Shown here piece by piece: positions 1 to 10,049 of a stretch of DNA of 45,144 nt; the first letter of the stretch is position 1; every line of letters starts with the position of its first letter. Location of the stretch: the IMG/VR virus record IMGVR_UViG_3300032253_000005, positions 1 to 45,144 of that record; one strand, given 5' to 3'. The notes below the pieces were generated by a model. The model was not told the DNA's origin and ran no database searches. It worked only from the letters and a program-made list of their open reading frames with translations. The position numbers were made by a program, and so were the translations under genes. The stretch comes from a virus. Lineage: Duplodnaviria; Caudoviricetes.

Positions 1-562
1 GGTCCGCTCATGCAGACGAACGACGACGGCGTGAACACGCTGACGCGCAGGAACCACATCCAGGGTTGTCGCGTGCGGAGCAATGGCGGTGACGGAGTGC
101 GTTGCACCGGCGAGCGCTACCTGTCGATCGACGAACTCTACACGGACAACAACACCGGCGTCGGCCTGGTGATCGAGGGCTTCGCCGAGGACACCGTTCC
201 GCCGGCTTACGCTGGGACGTCGGTGGTCCAACTCGGTCGCATCGTCAGCGCCTCGAACTCGGGCGGCGGCTACCTGTTCGACCGCTACGCTGTCCTCTCT
301 GCCGAGTCCCTGGTTTCCGAGACGAACACCGGGTGGGGCATCGAGTTGGACTCGAGCAACCAGACGGCAACGTCCGGCGAGTCGAACGACGGCTACATCG
401 CGAACTACGAGTGCATCGGCGACAGCTCTGGTGGGATCAACGTCCGCGAGGAAGCCGACGTCCAGGGCATGAAGTGGGGCCGCGTTCACATCCACGAAAG
501 CGCCGGCACTACGTTCGACCAGGACACGGTCGGCATGTTCATCCGCGGTGCGCTCGACTGGC
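1..562 (+). repeat. Terminal overlap copy 1 (imperfect repeat of 44583-45144)
   Basis: Manual alignment: about 20 mismatches in 562 bp, no indels; 436-562 identical to 45018-45144. Confidence 0.95.
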
Positions 563-1233
563 ACATGGAGTCGCTGACCGTGTCGGGCATCCGAGGCACG
601 CCGGTGCGGATCACCGACGGCGACCCGCTTGGAGCCGGGGCCAGGCAGTCCGACAACATCACGTTCGGCGAGCTGATCCTGTCCGGCAACGGCGACGGCG
701 CGGCCGCCCTGAACCACGGCCTGTCCATCGAGGACTCGACGGCGAACGTCACGGTCGGCTGCGCGAAGCTGAAGAACGGCCAGACCGCGACGTCCTTCTA
801 CGAGGTCAACGTCTCGACCACGGCGACCGGCGTCAGGATCGAGTCCGGTTCGATCGAGTCGGCGACCGCGGCGTTCGAGTTCAACGTCCCTGCCGCTGCA
901 CTGAACGAGGTCTACGTCTCGCCGTCGGTGCGCGTCGGTGCGTCGTGGGCGAACCCGACAGTCGCCTCGGCCGCCACGCTGACGATCCCGCCGTGGGGCA
1001 ACGAGGTCGAGGTCACCGGAACGACCGGGCCGATCACCGCCATGTCACCCGCTTGGCCTGGGCGCCAGGTGGTCCTGCGATTCACGGCCGGCGCTGGCTG
1101 GCCCACGCTGAACGACAGCGTCACGGCGCAGTTGGCTGGCGCGGCTGCGTTCACGTCCGTGAGCGACGACGACACCATCTCCCTGTCCTGTGACGGCACG
1201 ACCTGGCGAGAGACCTCTCGGAGCGCGAACTGA
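1..1233 (+). CDS. Tailspike, right-handed beta-helix (pectate-lyase-like); C-terminal part of the gene starting at 44007
   Basis: Beta-helix repeats (N.G.G-hydrophobic ladders: NNTGVGLVI, SNSGGGYLF, TNTGWGIEL); in frame from base 1; continues the ORF at the right end. Confidence 0.85.
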   Translation, partial: GPLMQTNDDGVNTLTRRNHIQGCRVRSNGGDGVRCTGERYLSIDELYTDNNTGVGLVIEGFAEDTVPPAYAGTSVVQLGRIVSASNSGGGYLFDRYAVLSAESLVSETNTGWGIELDSSNQTATSGESNDGYIANYECIGDSSGGINVREEADVQGMKWGRVHIHESAGTTFDQDTVGMFIRGALDWHMESLTVSGIRGTPVRITDGDPLGAGARQSDNITFGELILSGNGDGAAALNHGLSIEDSTANVTVGCAKLKNGQTATSFYEVNVSTTATGVRIESGSIESATAAFEFNVPAAALNEVYVSPSVRVGASWANPTVASAATLTIPPWGNEVEVTGTTGPITAMSPAWPGRQVVLRFTAGAGWPTLNDSVTAQLAGAAAFTSVSDDDTISLSCDGTTWRETSRSAN

Positions 1234-2165
1234 TGGCCTACGCACTGATCGGAGCGCTCGTCGGTGGCGCGGCGCAGTATTCGTCCGCGAGCAAGAGCAG
1301 CAAGGGCATCAAGTCTCCACGCGGGTTCAATCCCATCCGCTTCGCTGCGTCCTCGCGCATCAACGTGCTGTCGACGTTCTTCCCGGAGGAGTTGGGGAAG
1401 TACGAGATCAGCCAGGCGGAGTTCCGCCGACTGCACCGCGAGAACCCAGGGTCTGTCCTGCGCATCGGCCAGCCGCCGAAGAAGCGCAAGAAGGACAAGG
1501 GGCGTCGCGGGCTTGAGGCATTCTCTCGCTCCGTCGGAGACCCTGCTGGCGCCGCCATCGCGAAATCGCGCCGCGGCGGCCGGGGCGGCAAGGGAGACAC
1601 GCGACGCTACTTCCGCGTGCCGACCAGCCAGGAGTTCAGCCAGTTGGCGAACAAGGCGTTCTCTCAGCGCATCAAGGAGAGCGACATCAACGCCAAGCGG
1701 CTGCGCTCGAGCCCGCTCTACAAGGACATCTTCGCCGCGGCCGAGGGGCGCCTGGGTGCCTTCGGGGCAGAGTTGGACTCAAGCGTCGAGGCTCTCAGTG
1801 ACCGGGCCCTGGGCGCTGCCTCGACACGGGGCACCCTGTCCAACCCGGCTGTGTCCGCCCGTGCCGTCGCCCCGATCGCCATGGCACGGGCTCAGGCGCG
1901 TCACTCGGCCATCGAGTCGGCCCGGGCGAACATCCGATCGTTGTCCGCCGGCGGCGGCTTGCGCGGGGACTTCGCCTTCAGCCAGAACCAGCTCGCGTCG
2001 GTGCGCGGACAGAACCTGTCGGCCTTCTCTGCCGGGCTCGGCGCGCAAGCGAGCGCCCAGCAGTTCCGAGCCGGCATCCAGTCCGACGCCTATGGACAGG
2101 TCGGCTCCGCCTTCGCCAGCTTCCTTGAGCCGCCGCCGAAGCAAACCAAGAGCGTATACGCATAG
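1233..2165 (+). CDS. Probable internal virion/ejection (pilot) protein
   Basis: N-terminal hydrophobic Gly/Ala segment (ALIGALVGGAA), Ala/Gln-rich helical C-terminus; TGATG coupling; position after tail genes as in podoviruses. Confidence 0.6.
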   Translation: MAYALIGALVGGAAQYSSASKSSKGIKSPRGFNPIRFAASSRINVLSTFFPEELGKYEISQAEFRRLHRENPGSVLRIGQPPKKRKKDKGRRGLEAFSRSVGDPAGAAIAKSRRGGRGGKGDTRRYFRVPTSQEFSQLANKAFSQRIKESDINAKRLRSSPLYKDIFAAAEGRLGAFGAELDSSVEALSDRALGAASTRGTLSNPAVSARAVAPIAMARAQARHSAIESARANIRSLSAGGGLRGDFAFSQNQLASVRGQNLSAFSAGLGAQASAQQFRAGIQSDAYGQVGSAFASFLEPPPKQTKSVYA

Positions 2166-2168
2166 CCC

Positions 2169-3455
2169 ATGAGCATCATCTCTGACTTCATCGCGTTGCG
2201 CGACTCCAAGAACCGACGCGCTCTCACTGAGACGCAACTCGGCAGGGAGCCGTTGCAGCGTGAGGCGCTACGCCTCGGCAACCGGCATCAGGCTGCGGCG
2301 CTCGCTCAGATGCAGCAGTTGTTCCCGAACCAGATGACGCAGTCGAATCTCCAGACGAACGAGATGCAGGCCGAGGCTGAGTTCAGCGAGAAGGTCAGGG
2401 ACTTCATGGGCCCGTTGTTCGAGGCCGCGGGACGCAAGGACGCCGAGGAGCTGCGGGGCGACAGCGATGCCCGCGAGGCGTTCGACTACATCGACGCCCA
2501 GATGGACGGCGTGATGACCGCCCGCGAGCGTCAAGCTGCGTTCGCTGAGTTCAAGTCGCTGGCAGCCCGCGGCGCCGATGGCGTCATGGCGTACCAGCAG
2601 GCCGTGCAGTTGTCCGCCGGAGGAGGCCAGGAGGGCCCTGGCGCTCAGGTTCCTGGCGCAATCGACGGCGGCGTGCTTCAAGCTCTCCGCGACCAAGAGG
2701 GCGAGCGCTTGCTCGCCGAGAAGTCGGCTGCCGAGGCGCAGAGGAGCCAGGCCGAGTCCGCCTTGGCCGATGCTATCGGAGAGATGGCGTCCGACCCTGC
2801 CGGCGGCATCTTCGCGCAGAGGCTCCTGGAATCAGCTGGCGTTGACGTTCGCGAGACCGGCAGCCTGAGTGACATCGACGACGAGACCCTCGCCGGGCTC
2901 ATGGTCTCGTTCGGCACCAAGCCCGTTCGCGACCGTGGCCCTGCCCGCGGGCGCGGGTACACCTCCGGGCTTGGCCCAGTGGCAGACACGGGCCCGGGCC
3001 TGCTCGGACCCGTCGACTCGCTGACGAAGTTCGGCCTGACGGACGCAGCCACTGGCGCCGCGTCATTGCTCGGGCTAGGCGCACCGGCGGCAGAGCGAGG
3101 CGTCTTTGCAGGTCACCAGCGGAACGTTGGCGAGGCGCTAGGTGGCTTCGCTTCGTCGAACGTCTTGGCTGACAGCCCCGGCCTCTCGATGCTGGCCAGG
3201 CTCACTGACATCCCGCCAGTTGCCAGGCATGACCCGTCGCGGACGTTGCGTGCCTTGGTGGGTAGCTCAAGGGACACAGACACGAGCCCAGCAGAGATCA
3301 GTGAAGCAGTCCACTTGTATCTGAGGGGCCAGAAGTCACCGCTGTACGAGTTGGCGAAGTCGATGAACCCAGGGCTCACTGACCTTGAGGTCGACAGGCT
3401 GCTCGAGTCCGGTGGCGTCGAGGCTCTGTTCAACGGCATTGGCGGCGGCCAGTGA
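2169..3455 (+). CDS. Probable internal virion/ejection protein
   Basis: 428-aa helical Ala/Gln/Gly-rich ORF in the ejection-protein position. Confidence 0.55.
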   Translation: MSIISDFIALRDSKNRRALTETQLGREPLQREALRLGNRHQAAALAQMQQLFPNQMTQSNLQTNEMQAEAEFSEKVRDFMGPLFEAAGRKDAEELRGDSDAREAFDYIDAQMDGVMTARERQAAFAEFKSLAARGADGVMAYQQAVQLSAGGGQEGPGAQVPGAIDGGVLQALRDQEGERLLAEKSAAEAQRSQAESALADAIGEMASDPAGGIFAQRLLESAGVDVRETGSLSDIDDETLAGLMVSFGTKPVRDRGPARGRGYTSGLGPVADTGPGLLGPVDSLTKFGLTDAATGAASLLGLGAPAAERGVFAGHQRNVGEALGGFASSNVLADSPGLSMLARLTDIPPVARHDPSRTLRALVGSSRDTDTSPAEISEAVHLYLRGQKSPLYELAKSMNPGLTDLEVDRLLESGGVEALFNGIGGGQ

Positions 3456-4552
3456 GCGCTCAGGACGCACTGATCCGTCTCGCCGAGTCCGGCACGACCG
3501 CCAGGCGGCGCGCGACGGTGACAGCGAACCGCGAGCTGGCCGACCCGTCTGCGTCTCCGCAGATCCAGACCAGCGGTGGAGCGATCGACCGTTCGATCGG
3601 CGGGCTCATCGACGACATCGAGGCCGGGGGCGACGCACTCCAGATCAGCCTGCGCCGCTCGCTCATCGAGTCGCGCCTCGGCCAGTCGCTGCGCATCCCG
3701 GGGTTCCGGCTGCCGACCAGGCAGCAACTGGAGCTGCAGGACATCCAGGGCCAGACCCTGCTGATGAAGCGCCGCAAGGAGCTGGACGGCCTCATCGTCG
3801 AGGACACGTTCGGCCGCCTCATGGACGCGAAGGAGGCGCTGGGCATCGACGCCTCCATCCGTGACGACCCGGACAACTTCGTGGCCGCGGTGCAACGTGG
3901 CATCCAGGCCGGCGTGTTGCCCGAGGGACTACAGATCTCGCACTCGACGTTGGCGAATGCCGGCCTGGAGTCGGCGCTGATGTCACCGCAGGCACGCACT
4001 GGCAAGCTGCTGGGCACGACGGTGTCGAACATCGAGCGGGCAGGGGAGGTGCGCGAGACGATCGGCGCCGCGGCCGGCGGAGAGGGTGCGCTGGGCCAGG
4101 CGCTCGACGCTCAGATCCAGGCTGGCGAGGAGATCAGCGGGCGCAACCTCGGCACCGGCGTCGCCACGGATGTCGACGAGCGGCTCGGAGCAAAGGAGCT
4201 GCTGAACACCTACCTCCGGTTCCGCGAGGAGCAGAAGGCACTGGTGGGCCCGCGTGTGCTCGGCGGCGCCGTGCTCGACCGCTACGCCGACGTCATCAAG
4301 GACCAACTCGAGGGGCTCCAGAAGGACGGCGAGGGCAAGCTGCTGTTCGGCAAGGGCTCGGGCGACGCAGGCGTGGACGACGAGGCTGTCCTCTTCCTCT
4401 CGACGCTGCTCGGCTTCATCGGCGCAGACACCGGCCAGGAGATCGGCGACGTGATGCAGTCGATCGGGCTGGACTACACGGGCATCAACGACGAGACCTT
4501 CCGGGCAGCTCAGGCTGCGGCGCAGGCAGATTTGGCGGCCGACAGTGGCTAG
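3452..4552 (+). CDS. Probable internal virion/ejection protein
   Basis: 366-aa helical ORF, GTGA overlap, same operon. Confidence 0.55.
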   Translation: MSAQDALIRLAESGTTARRRATVTANRELADPSASPQIQTSGGAIDRSIGGLIDDIEAGGDALQISLRRSLIESRLGQSLRIPGFRLPTRQQLELQDIQGQTLLMKRRKELDGLIVEDTFGRLMDAKEALGIDASIRDDPDNFVAAVQRGIQAGVLPEGLQISHSTLANAGLESALMSPQARTGKLLGTTVSNIERAGEVRETIGAAAGGEGALGQALDAQIQAGEEISGRNLGTGVATDVDERLGAKELLNTYLRFREEQKALVGPRVLGGAVLDRYADVIKDQLEGLQKDGEGKLLFGKGSGDAGVDDEAVLFLSTLLGFIGADTGQEIGDVMQSIGLDYTGINDETFRAAQAAAQADLAADSG

Positions 4553-7500
4553 CATCGAGTCACTCGCCAAGGGCATCGGCGACGAGGTTCTGGGTGACGT
4601 CGCTGTGCGCCTGGCGCAGCGTGCGACGAAGGCCGCCGGGTCGGTCGAGAACATCGGCCGCGGGCAGGAGGCGATCTCCGCCATCGACGTGACGGGCGCG
4701 TTCAACCCGGACGCCCAGGGCTACCGCGCTACGCTCCTTGCGCCGGACAACTACGCCAACGATCCCGAGTTGTTCTACGGTCCGTTCGCCCAGGTCGGCA
4801 GCTACTTCAAGATCGGCCCAGCGTGGACGCAGTTCGCCCTGGACATGGTGCTCGACCCGCTCAACTTCGTCATCCCGGGCACCGGCGGGCTGCTATCAAA
4901 GACTGGCATCAAGGGTACCCGCGGGCTCACCGCCGCCGGCCGCCAGGCGGAACTGATGTCGACTCTTGGCAAGGTGGCTCAGGCGAAGAAGGCCGAGAGC
5001 GGTGGCAAGGTCACTGGCGCCATGGTCGTAGACGAGGCCGTCGAGGCGCTGGAGACGGCAGGCAGGCTCCTCAATGTCGGGCCGGACGAGCTGATCGCGG
5101 CGGCCAAGGGAGGTGACGAGAGCCTGAAGGCGTCGCTCAAGGCTGCGTCGAAGCTGGCGCCGGACAAGGAGACAGGTCGGATCATCGACGCACTGCGCCG
5201 TGACCGTGACGTGCTCGGACGGATCCTCGACAAGTCCGATGACCTCGTTGCCGTCGGTGACCTGCCGCCCGGCGCGTTCCTTCAGGAGACACTCCGCGGT
5301 CGACTGAGCGCAGGCCAGTCTCGGTTCCCTGGGCTGAACGTCATCCGGCCAGCGAACCCGGTCAAGGACCCGCTCAAGTTCGCCCGCCAACTCGTCGGGT
5401 TCAGTGTCGCCGACGACGACCTCATCGTCCCTGGCTCGCGGCTGTTCAGCGAGGGGCTCGACAAGGCGTTCTCCAAGCTGCCCGGCGAGGCGCTGCCCGA
5501 AGGTGTGCAGGATCTGGGGCGGGCCGAGTCGATCCTGTTCGAGTCTCGGGCATTCCGCACCGGCGACACGACCGCCGCCCACGCTGGCTTCGCGGTGCAG
5601 GCCCTGACATCCGTGCTCGCTGCACCCGGCGCACCGCAGATCAAGCTGCTGGGTGACGGAGCAGTGGACGAGGATTCGCTCAAGACCGCCTACAACTACC
5701 TGCGCGGGGCGGCGGAAGACACGGAGATCGACCCAGCCAAGTTCGCCGACTTCTCCGAGCGCTTCGTGCGTAACCAACTGGCCCTCTCGCGGTCCGTCAG
5801 CAGTCGCGCCAACGCCCTGCGCAACAAGGCGATCGAGCGCGAGATCGAGGTCATGCGTGCCTTCGCCGACGGGTCCACCACGAACATCGACGCTGCTCTG
5901 GTCGACGGATGGGAGGCGTCGATCCGCACGTTCGCCGACGCCTTCTCGCCTGACGCCCTGCGGTACGCTTCGATCTCTCCAGGCAACGCCATCGCGGCTC
6001 GGGCTACGTTCGGCACGCTCATGGCGCACACTGCCACGACGAACATGCGCGACGTGATGCGTCGGATCTACCCGCCTCGCCGCATCCTCGGCATCATCCC
6101 GGACCGGACCACCGAGAAGGCCATGGCCGAGGTGCTCCCGAGGCTGATCGACCACGTCGACCTCTGGACTGTCGATGCTCTGACGGGCAAGCCGAGTCTC
6201 ACGAAGGAGACCCTCGAGGCAGTGATGACCGACGACATCGCCGAGTCGCTCTCACCGCTGCTGCGCCGCACGCTCGACAACCACGGTGGCTCCAATGGTG
6301 CGGTCGCCAAGCATCTCCTGGAAGGCATCCACCCGGAGATGGTCGACCTGGCTGCGGTGATGAAGTCCAGCCTGGACGCGATCGGCGAGAACCTGTTCGT
6401 GAACGAGGGCATCACGACACGGTTCATCGAGGACTACTTCACTCGGCTGTTCAAGGCGAACGACAAGTTCTTCGCGCAGTACGGCGGAGGCGACAACCTG
6501 TCTGGATCGCAGTTCGCCCAGCGTCTCTTCGCCGGAGACACGGACGACCACCTCCTCGGCCAGTTGATGAAGGCCGACATCGGCACGGAGGAGATGGTCA
6601 AGGCGGCAAAGGAAGGCAAGCTCGGCGCGGCAGAGATGCGTCGCTGGTCTGAGGCCGCCGCTGTCATCGCCGAGAAGCGCGGGCTCGGCGAGTTGCAGGG
6701 CGACGGCATCACGGCGTTCGCTGGCTACTTGGACTCAGTGAACAAGGCGCTGCTGTTCAACAAGCTCCGCAGCGACATGGCCCGCGTGTCCCCGAAGATC
6801 ACACGCGAGTTGATCCGCTCGTTCTTCGGCGACAAGATCGCGGACGAGTTGCCCGAGTCGGCGCTCGACTTCAACCGCATCGTCGAGGGCACGCTGCCGG
6901 CCGCGCTTCGCACTGGCAACAAGCCCCTGTTCCGCGAGATCATCGACCGCGGTGGCAGCAGTGTCGTCGCGGACCTGGACCGCAAGGTGGGGCTCGAGGC
7001 ACTGCGCCGCACGCTCATCGGCACGACCCGCATCGACGGTGAGGTGCTTGCGGCCGAGCGTGTCGCGAATCGCCTGGCGGGTGTCAGCGAGATCGACGGG
7101 TTCAAGCTCGTCGACAGCGCGGGCGGCCCCGTCGAGATCACGGCTGACTGGGTGCGCAACGGCGTGCCCGACAGCGTGACCGGCAAGAAGACCGTCGAAG
7201 CCCTGATCGCGCACGACATCAAGGCCGCCGAGATCGAGCAGGAGATCGTCGATGCGACGGTCGAAGCGTGGCTCGCTCGCGATCACAAGCTCGGATCAGC
7301 GGCCAACGCGAAGCGAGCACTGGCCGGGACGCAGCGCAAGTTTGCCTTGGCTGACGCTCGCACGTCGGTGGCGAAGAAGCTGCACGGCAAGGCGTCGGTC
7401 GGCGGCGTGCGCGTGTTCGACATCGAGGGCACGCCGACAACGATCGACGCTTCGTGGGTGCTCGACAACCAGGTGCCGGCCGACGTGTTCGGGCTGACCG

Positions 7501-9779
7501 GGCGGGGCTCCGGGGCACCCAAGTCGAAGCTGTCCGCGGCTCAGTTGCGCCAGCGCATCAAGAAGATGGTCGACGCCGAGGCAGTGAGCGAGAAGATCCG
7601 GGCGTCCGTCGATGCCAAGGTGGCCAAGATCCAGGCGTCTGCCAGCGTGAAGGAGGGCCAGGCTGCGGCGATGGATCTGCTCCGCGAGTCCGCCGAGGCA
7701 GATGCGGCGAAGGACGTAGCCAAGCGGTTCAACAAGACGAAGTTCAACGGCAGGCCGATCATGGACTCGGCCACCGGCAAGGCTGCGCGCCTCAAGGAGT
7801 CGTGGATCAGAGACCCTTCGACCATGCCCCGGACGATCGTCGCCCGCGCCAAGATCAAGAAGGTCATCGAGCGGGAGATCAGCGCGGCCGGTGCGACCCG
7901 CTTGCTGAACAAGCAGAGGCGCATTTCCAAGCAGGCCCTGCGCCATGCCGCTCAGACGATGCCTCTCGACGGAGGCAAGGCAGTCGACCGCAAGAAGCTC
8001 TGGGCCTTCGCCCCGGACTTCGGCCAGTTGCAAGACGTGTTCCGCCTGTACGAGTCAGGCGCCACAACGGGCAGGATCGCACGCGCATACGACAAGGTGA
8101 ACCACGCGCTCAAGGGCACGCTGCTGCTCGGCGATGTCTTCCACTACAACGTGCTGGCCACTTCGCAGTTCATCGCCGGTGCGACGCGCAACCCGGCCGA
8201 CATCCTGAACATGCTGCGGAACGAAGCCGGCGAGTTGCTGCCCGGCGTGAAGGCCGCTGCGTTCCGCAGCCTGGCTGGCGGAGTGGCCGGTGGTGTCGCA
8301 GGGTCCGGGCTGTCCGAGGACGAGGGCGACATCGCCACGTTCTCTCTGGCCGGCGCGTTCTACGGCGCGCTCATCGGTGGCACGACAGCGAACGCGAAGT
8401 ACGCCCGCAACCTGGCCCTGAACCCAGAGCACCTGGACACGATCAGGTGGATGGGGCTCGGCGGGTGGCGCGGGCGACCGGATGACCGTGCGATCGGCGT
8501 GGCGCAGCGCGGTCTACAGGCTGCGGTCAAGTCGTTGCAGGGATCGAACGTCGAGTTCCTGACGCACCCGGTCACTGGCGCCAAGCACATCCTTGATGCG
8601 TGGGATCACCAGCTCTGGGGCGTGATGCACAACGGCTCCAAGCACTTCTACTTCGATCAGATCTGGCGCCGTGAGATCCAGACCCTTGAGGCCAGCAAGG
8701 AGTTCACCGAGACGTTCATCCGCGGGCAGCAGAAGGCGCTCAAGGATGGTGCCAAGGTGGTCGTGCCTGCTGTCGCCGAGGACATCGAGTTGTCTGGACT
8801 GCAGTTCGTCGCAGCCGTGCGAGACCGCTTGCGCCAGGGGCTGGCCCGCGAGGTGATGCAGACCACGAACAACACGTTCGGCGGCCAGGCGATGAGCAAC
8901 CTGCTCGAGAACCCGGAGATGCAGCGCGGCCTGCGGCGCATCCTGCTCGCCCCGGACTGGACGCTCTCCCAGCTGGCGATGACCGGCAACATCTTCCTGA
9001 ACCTCGACCTCCCGCAGCGTGCGGCCGTCGGCGCAGTCGTCGGCTCCGCTGTCGAGATGGCCGAGATGGGATTCAACCCGGAGGAGAGCGGCCTGCCGTA
9101 CCGTGGCATGGCGTTCGGCGCAGCGCTCGGCGGCGTGCTCGGCCACTGGACGCAGAACATCAACAAGCGGATGTTCACGCCCGGCGACGTGATGGCCAAG
9201 GAAGCCAGGCGCATGACGGCTGCCGCGCTGGTCGGCGGCTACGTCTTCGTCAACGTGATGAACAAGGGCTTCACCGGACACTACGCATTCGAGAACGAGG
9301 AGGGCCAGCGCCTCGGCGTGCAGCTCCCAGGCATGAGCGACCAGGGGCGGAAGCGCTATCTCAAGTTGGGCAAGCCGTGGCTGGAGGCGTGGGAGTTCGC
9401 CGGCGTCGCGCACGCTGACCGCTACCCCCTGCCGGGCCTCGGCCGCACGCGATCCAAGCTGGCCGTGCTGCCGTCGGGTGTGCTGTCGTTCCTCGACAAC
9501 AAGACGATCTTCGGCCCGATCGCCGAGGGCAAGGACGGCCCGCTCGAGACCGCCATCGCTGCAACGCGCTTCGCCGTTGGGTCTATCGCCCCCATCGGGC
9601 TCCAGGGTCCGCTCCGTGCCGCAACGTCCGGCTTCGAGGGCGGCGAGACGAGCGCCGGTGCTATCAGGGCTGCGGGCTTCCAGGTTTCTACTGGGCGAGA
9701 GGTCGCGCCCCTCACTACACTGGGCCCGGCGCTGCAAGTGCCTCGCCTGTTCGACACCCCTTTCCTGAGTGAGCCATGA
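4545..9779 (+). CDS. Large internal virion/DNA ejection protein (1744 aa)
   Basis: Largest ORF, mostly helical, glycine-zipper hydrophobic segments near the C-terminus, last of the ejection cluster. Confidence 0.65.
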   Translation: MASIESLAKGIGDEVLGDVAVRLAQRATKAAGSVENIGRGQEAISAIDVTGAFNPDAQGYRATLLAPDNYANDPELFYGPFAQVGSYFKIGPAWTQFALDMVLDPLNFVIPGTGGLLSKTGIKGTRGLTAAGRQAELMSTLGKVAQAKKAESGGKVTGAMVVDEAVEALETAGRLLNVGPDELIAAAKGGDESLKASLKAASKLAPDKETGRIIDALRRDRDVLGRILDKSDDLVAVGDLPPGAFLQETLRGRLSAGQSRFPGLNVIRPANPVKDPLKFARQLVGFSVADDDLIVPGSRLFSEGLDKAFSKLPGEALPEGVQDLGRAESILFESRAFRTGDTTAAHAGFAVQALTSVLAAPGAPQIKLLGDGAVDEDSLKTAYNYLRGAAEDTEIDPAKFADFSERFVRNQLALSRSVSSRANALRNKAIEREIEVMRAFADGSTTNIDAALVDGWEASIRTFADAFSPDALRYASISPGNAIAARATFGTLMAHTATTNMRDVMRRIYPPRRILGIIPDRTTEKAMAEVLPRLIDHVDLWTVDALTGKPSLTKETLEAVMTDDIAESLSPLLRRTLDNHGGSNGAVAKHLLEGIHPEMVDLAAVMKSSLDAIGENLFVNEGITTRFIEDYFTRLFKANDKFFAQYGGGDNLSGSQFAQRLFAGDTDDHLLGQLMKADIGTEEMVKAAKEGKLGAAEMRRWSEAAAVIAEKRGLGELQGDGITAFAGYLDSVNKALLFNKLRSDMARVSPKITRELIRSFFGDKIADELPESALDFNRIVEGTLPAALRTGNKPLFREIIDRGGSSVVADLDRKVGLEALRRTLIGTTRIDGEVLAAERVANRLAGVSEIDGFKLVDSAGGPVEITADWVRNGVPDSVTGKKTVEALIAHDIKAAEIEQEIVDATVEAWLARDHKLGSAANAKRALAGTQRKFALADARTSVAKKLHGKASVGGVRVFDIEGTPTTIDASWVLDNQVPADVFGLTGRGSGAPKSKLSAAQLRQRIKKMVDAEAVSEKIRASVDAKVAKIQASASVKEGQAAAMDLLRESAEADAAKDVAKRFNKTKFNGRPIMDSATGKAARLKESWIRDPSTMPRTIVARAKIKKVIEREISAAGATRLLNKQRRISKQALRHAAQTMPLDGGKAVDRKKLWAFAPDFGQLQDVFRLYESGATTGRIARAYDKVNHALKGTLLLGDVFHYNVLATSQFIAGATRNPADILNMLRNEAGELLPGVKAAAFRSLAGGVAGGVAGSGLSEDEGDIATFSLAGAFYGALIGGTTANAKYARNLALNPEHLDTIRWMGLGGWRGRPDDRAIGVAQRGLQAAVKSLQGSNVEFLTHPVTGAKHILDAWDHQLWGVMHNGSKHFYFDQIWRREIQTLEASKEFTETFIRGQQKALKDGAKVVVPAVAEDIELSGLQFVAAVRDRLRQGLAREVMQTTNNTFGGQAMSNLLENPEMQRGLRRILLAPDWTLSQLAMTGNIFLNLDLPQRAAVGAVVGSAVEMAEMGFNPEESGLPYRGMAFGAALGGVLGHWTQNINKRMFTPGDVMAKEARRMTAAALVGGYVFVNVMNKGFTGHYAFENEEGQRLGVQLPGMSDQGRKRYLKLGKPWLEAWEFAGVAHADRYPLPGLGRTRSKLAVLPSGVLSFLDNKTIFGPIAEGKDGPLETAIAATRFAVGSIAPIGLQGPLRAATSGFEGGETSAGAIRAAGFQVSTGREVAPLTTLGPALQVPRLFDTPFLSEP

Positions 9780-10027
9780 AGAACGCCAAGAGCATCAAGC
9801 TGTCGCAGCAGGGCGCTCCCCCAGTGGAGCCCGCGAGCCACAGCGTCAACGTCACCAGCCCATCCAAGACCGACACGCGCCAGGCGCACGAGGGCATCAT
9901 GCGTCCCTCGCTCGCCGGCTCCCGACCCACTCGCCACGACGGCGCGGTCGGCTCGGTCGGCAAGAAGGGCAGCATCACGAAGTTGGGTGGCGGGGGTCGC
10001 GGCGATGGCTTCAAGTTCAGCTACTGA
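9776..10027 (+). CDS. Small basic hypothetical protein
   Basis: ATGA overlap with upstream gene, 83 aa Lys/Gly/Ser-rich. Confidence 0.6.
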   Translation: MKNAKSIKLSQQGAPPVEPASHSVNVTSPSKTDTRQAHEGIMRPSLAGSRPTRHDGAVGSVGKKGSITKLGGGGRGDGFKFSY

Positions 10028-10049
10028 GCCACAGCCAGGCGACCACTCG

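Noticed and set aside
1-562. Diversity-generating retroelement TR/VR pair in the tailspike
   Set aside because: Differences are not adenine-specific (many C/T, mostly synonymous) and no reverse transcriptase is encoded
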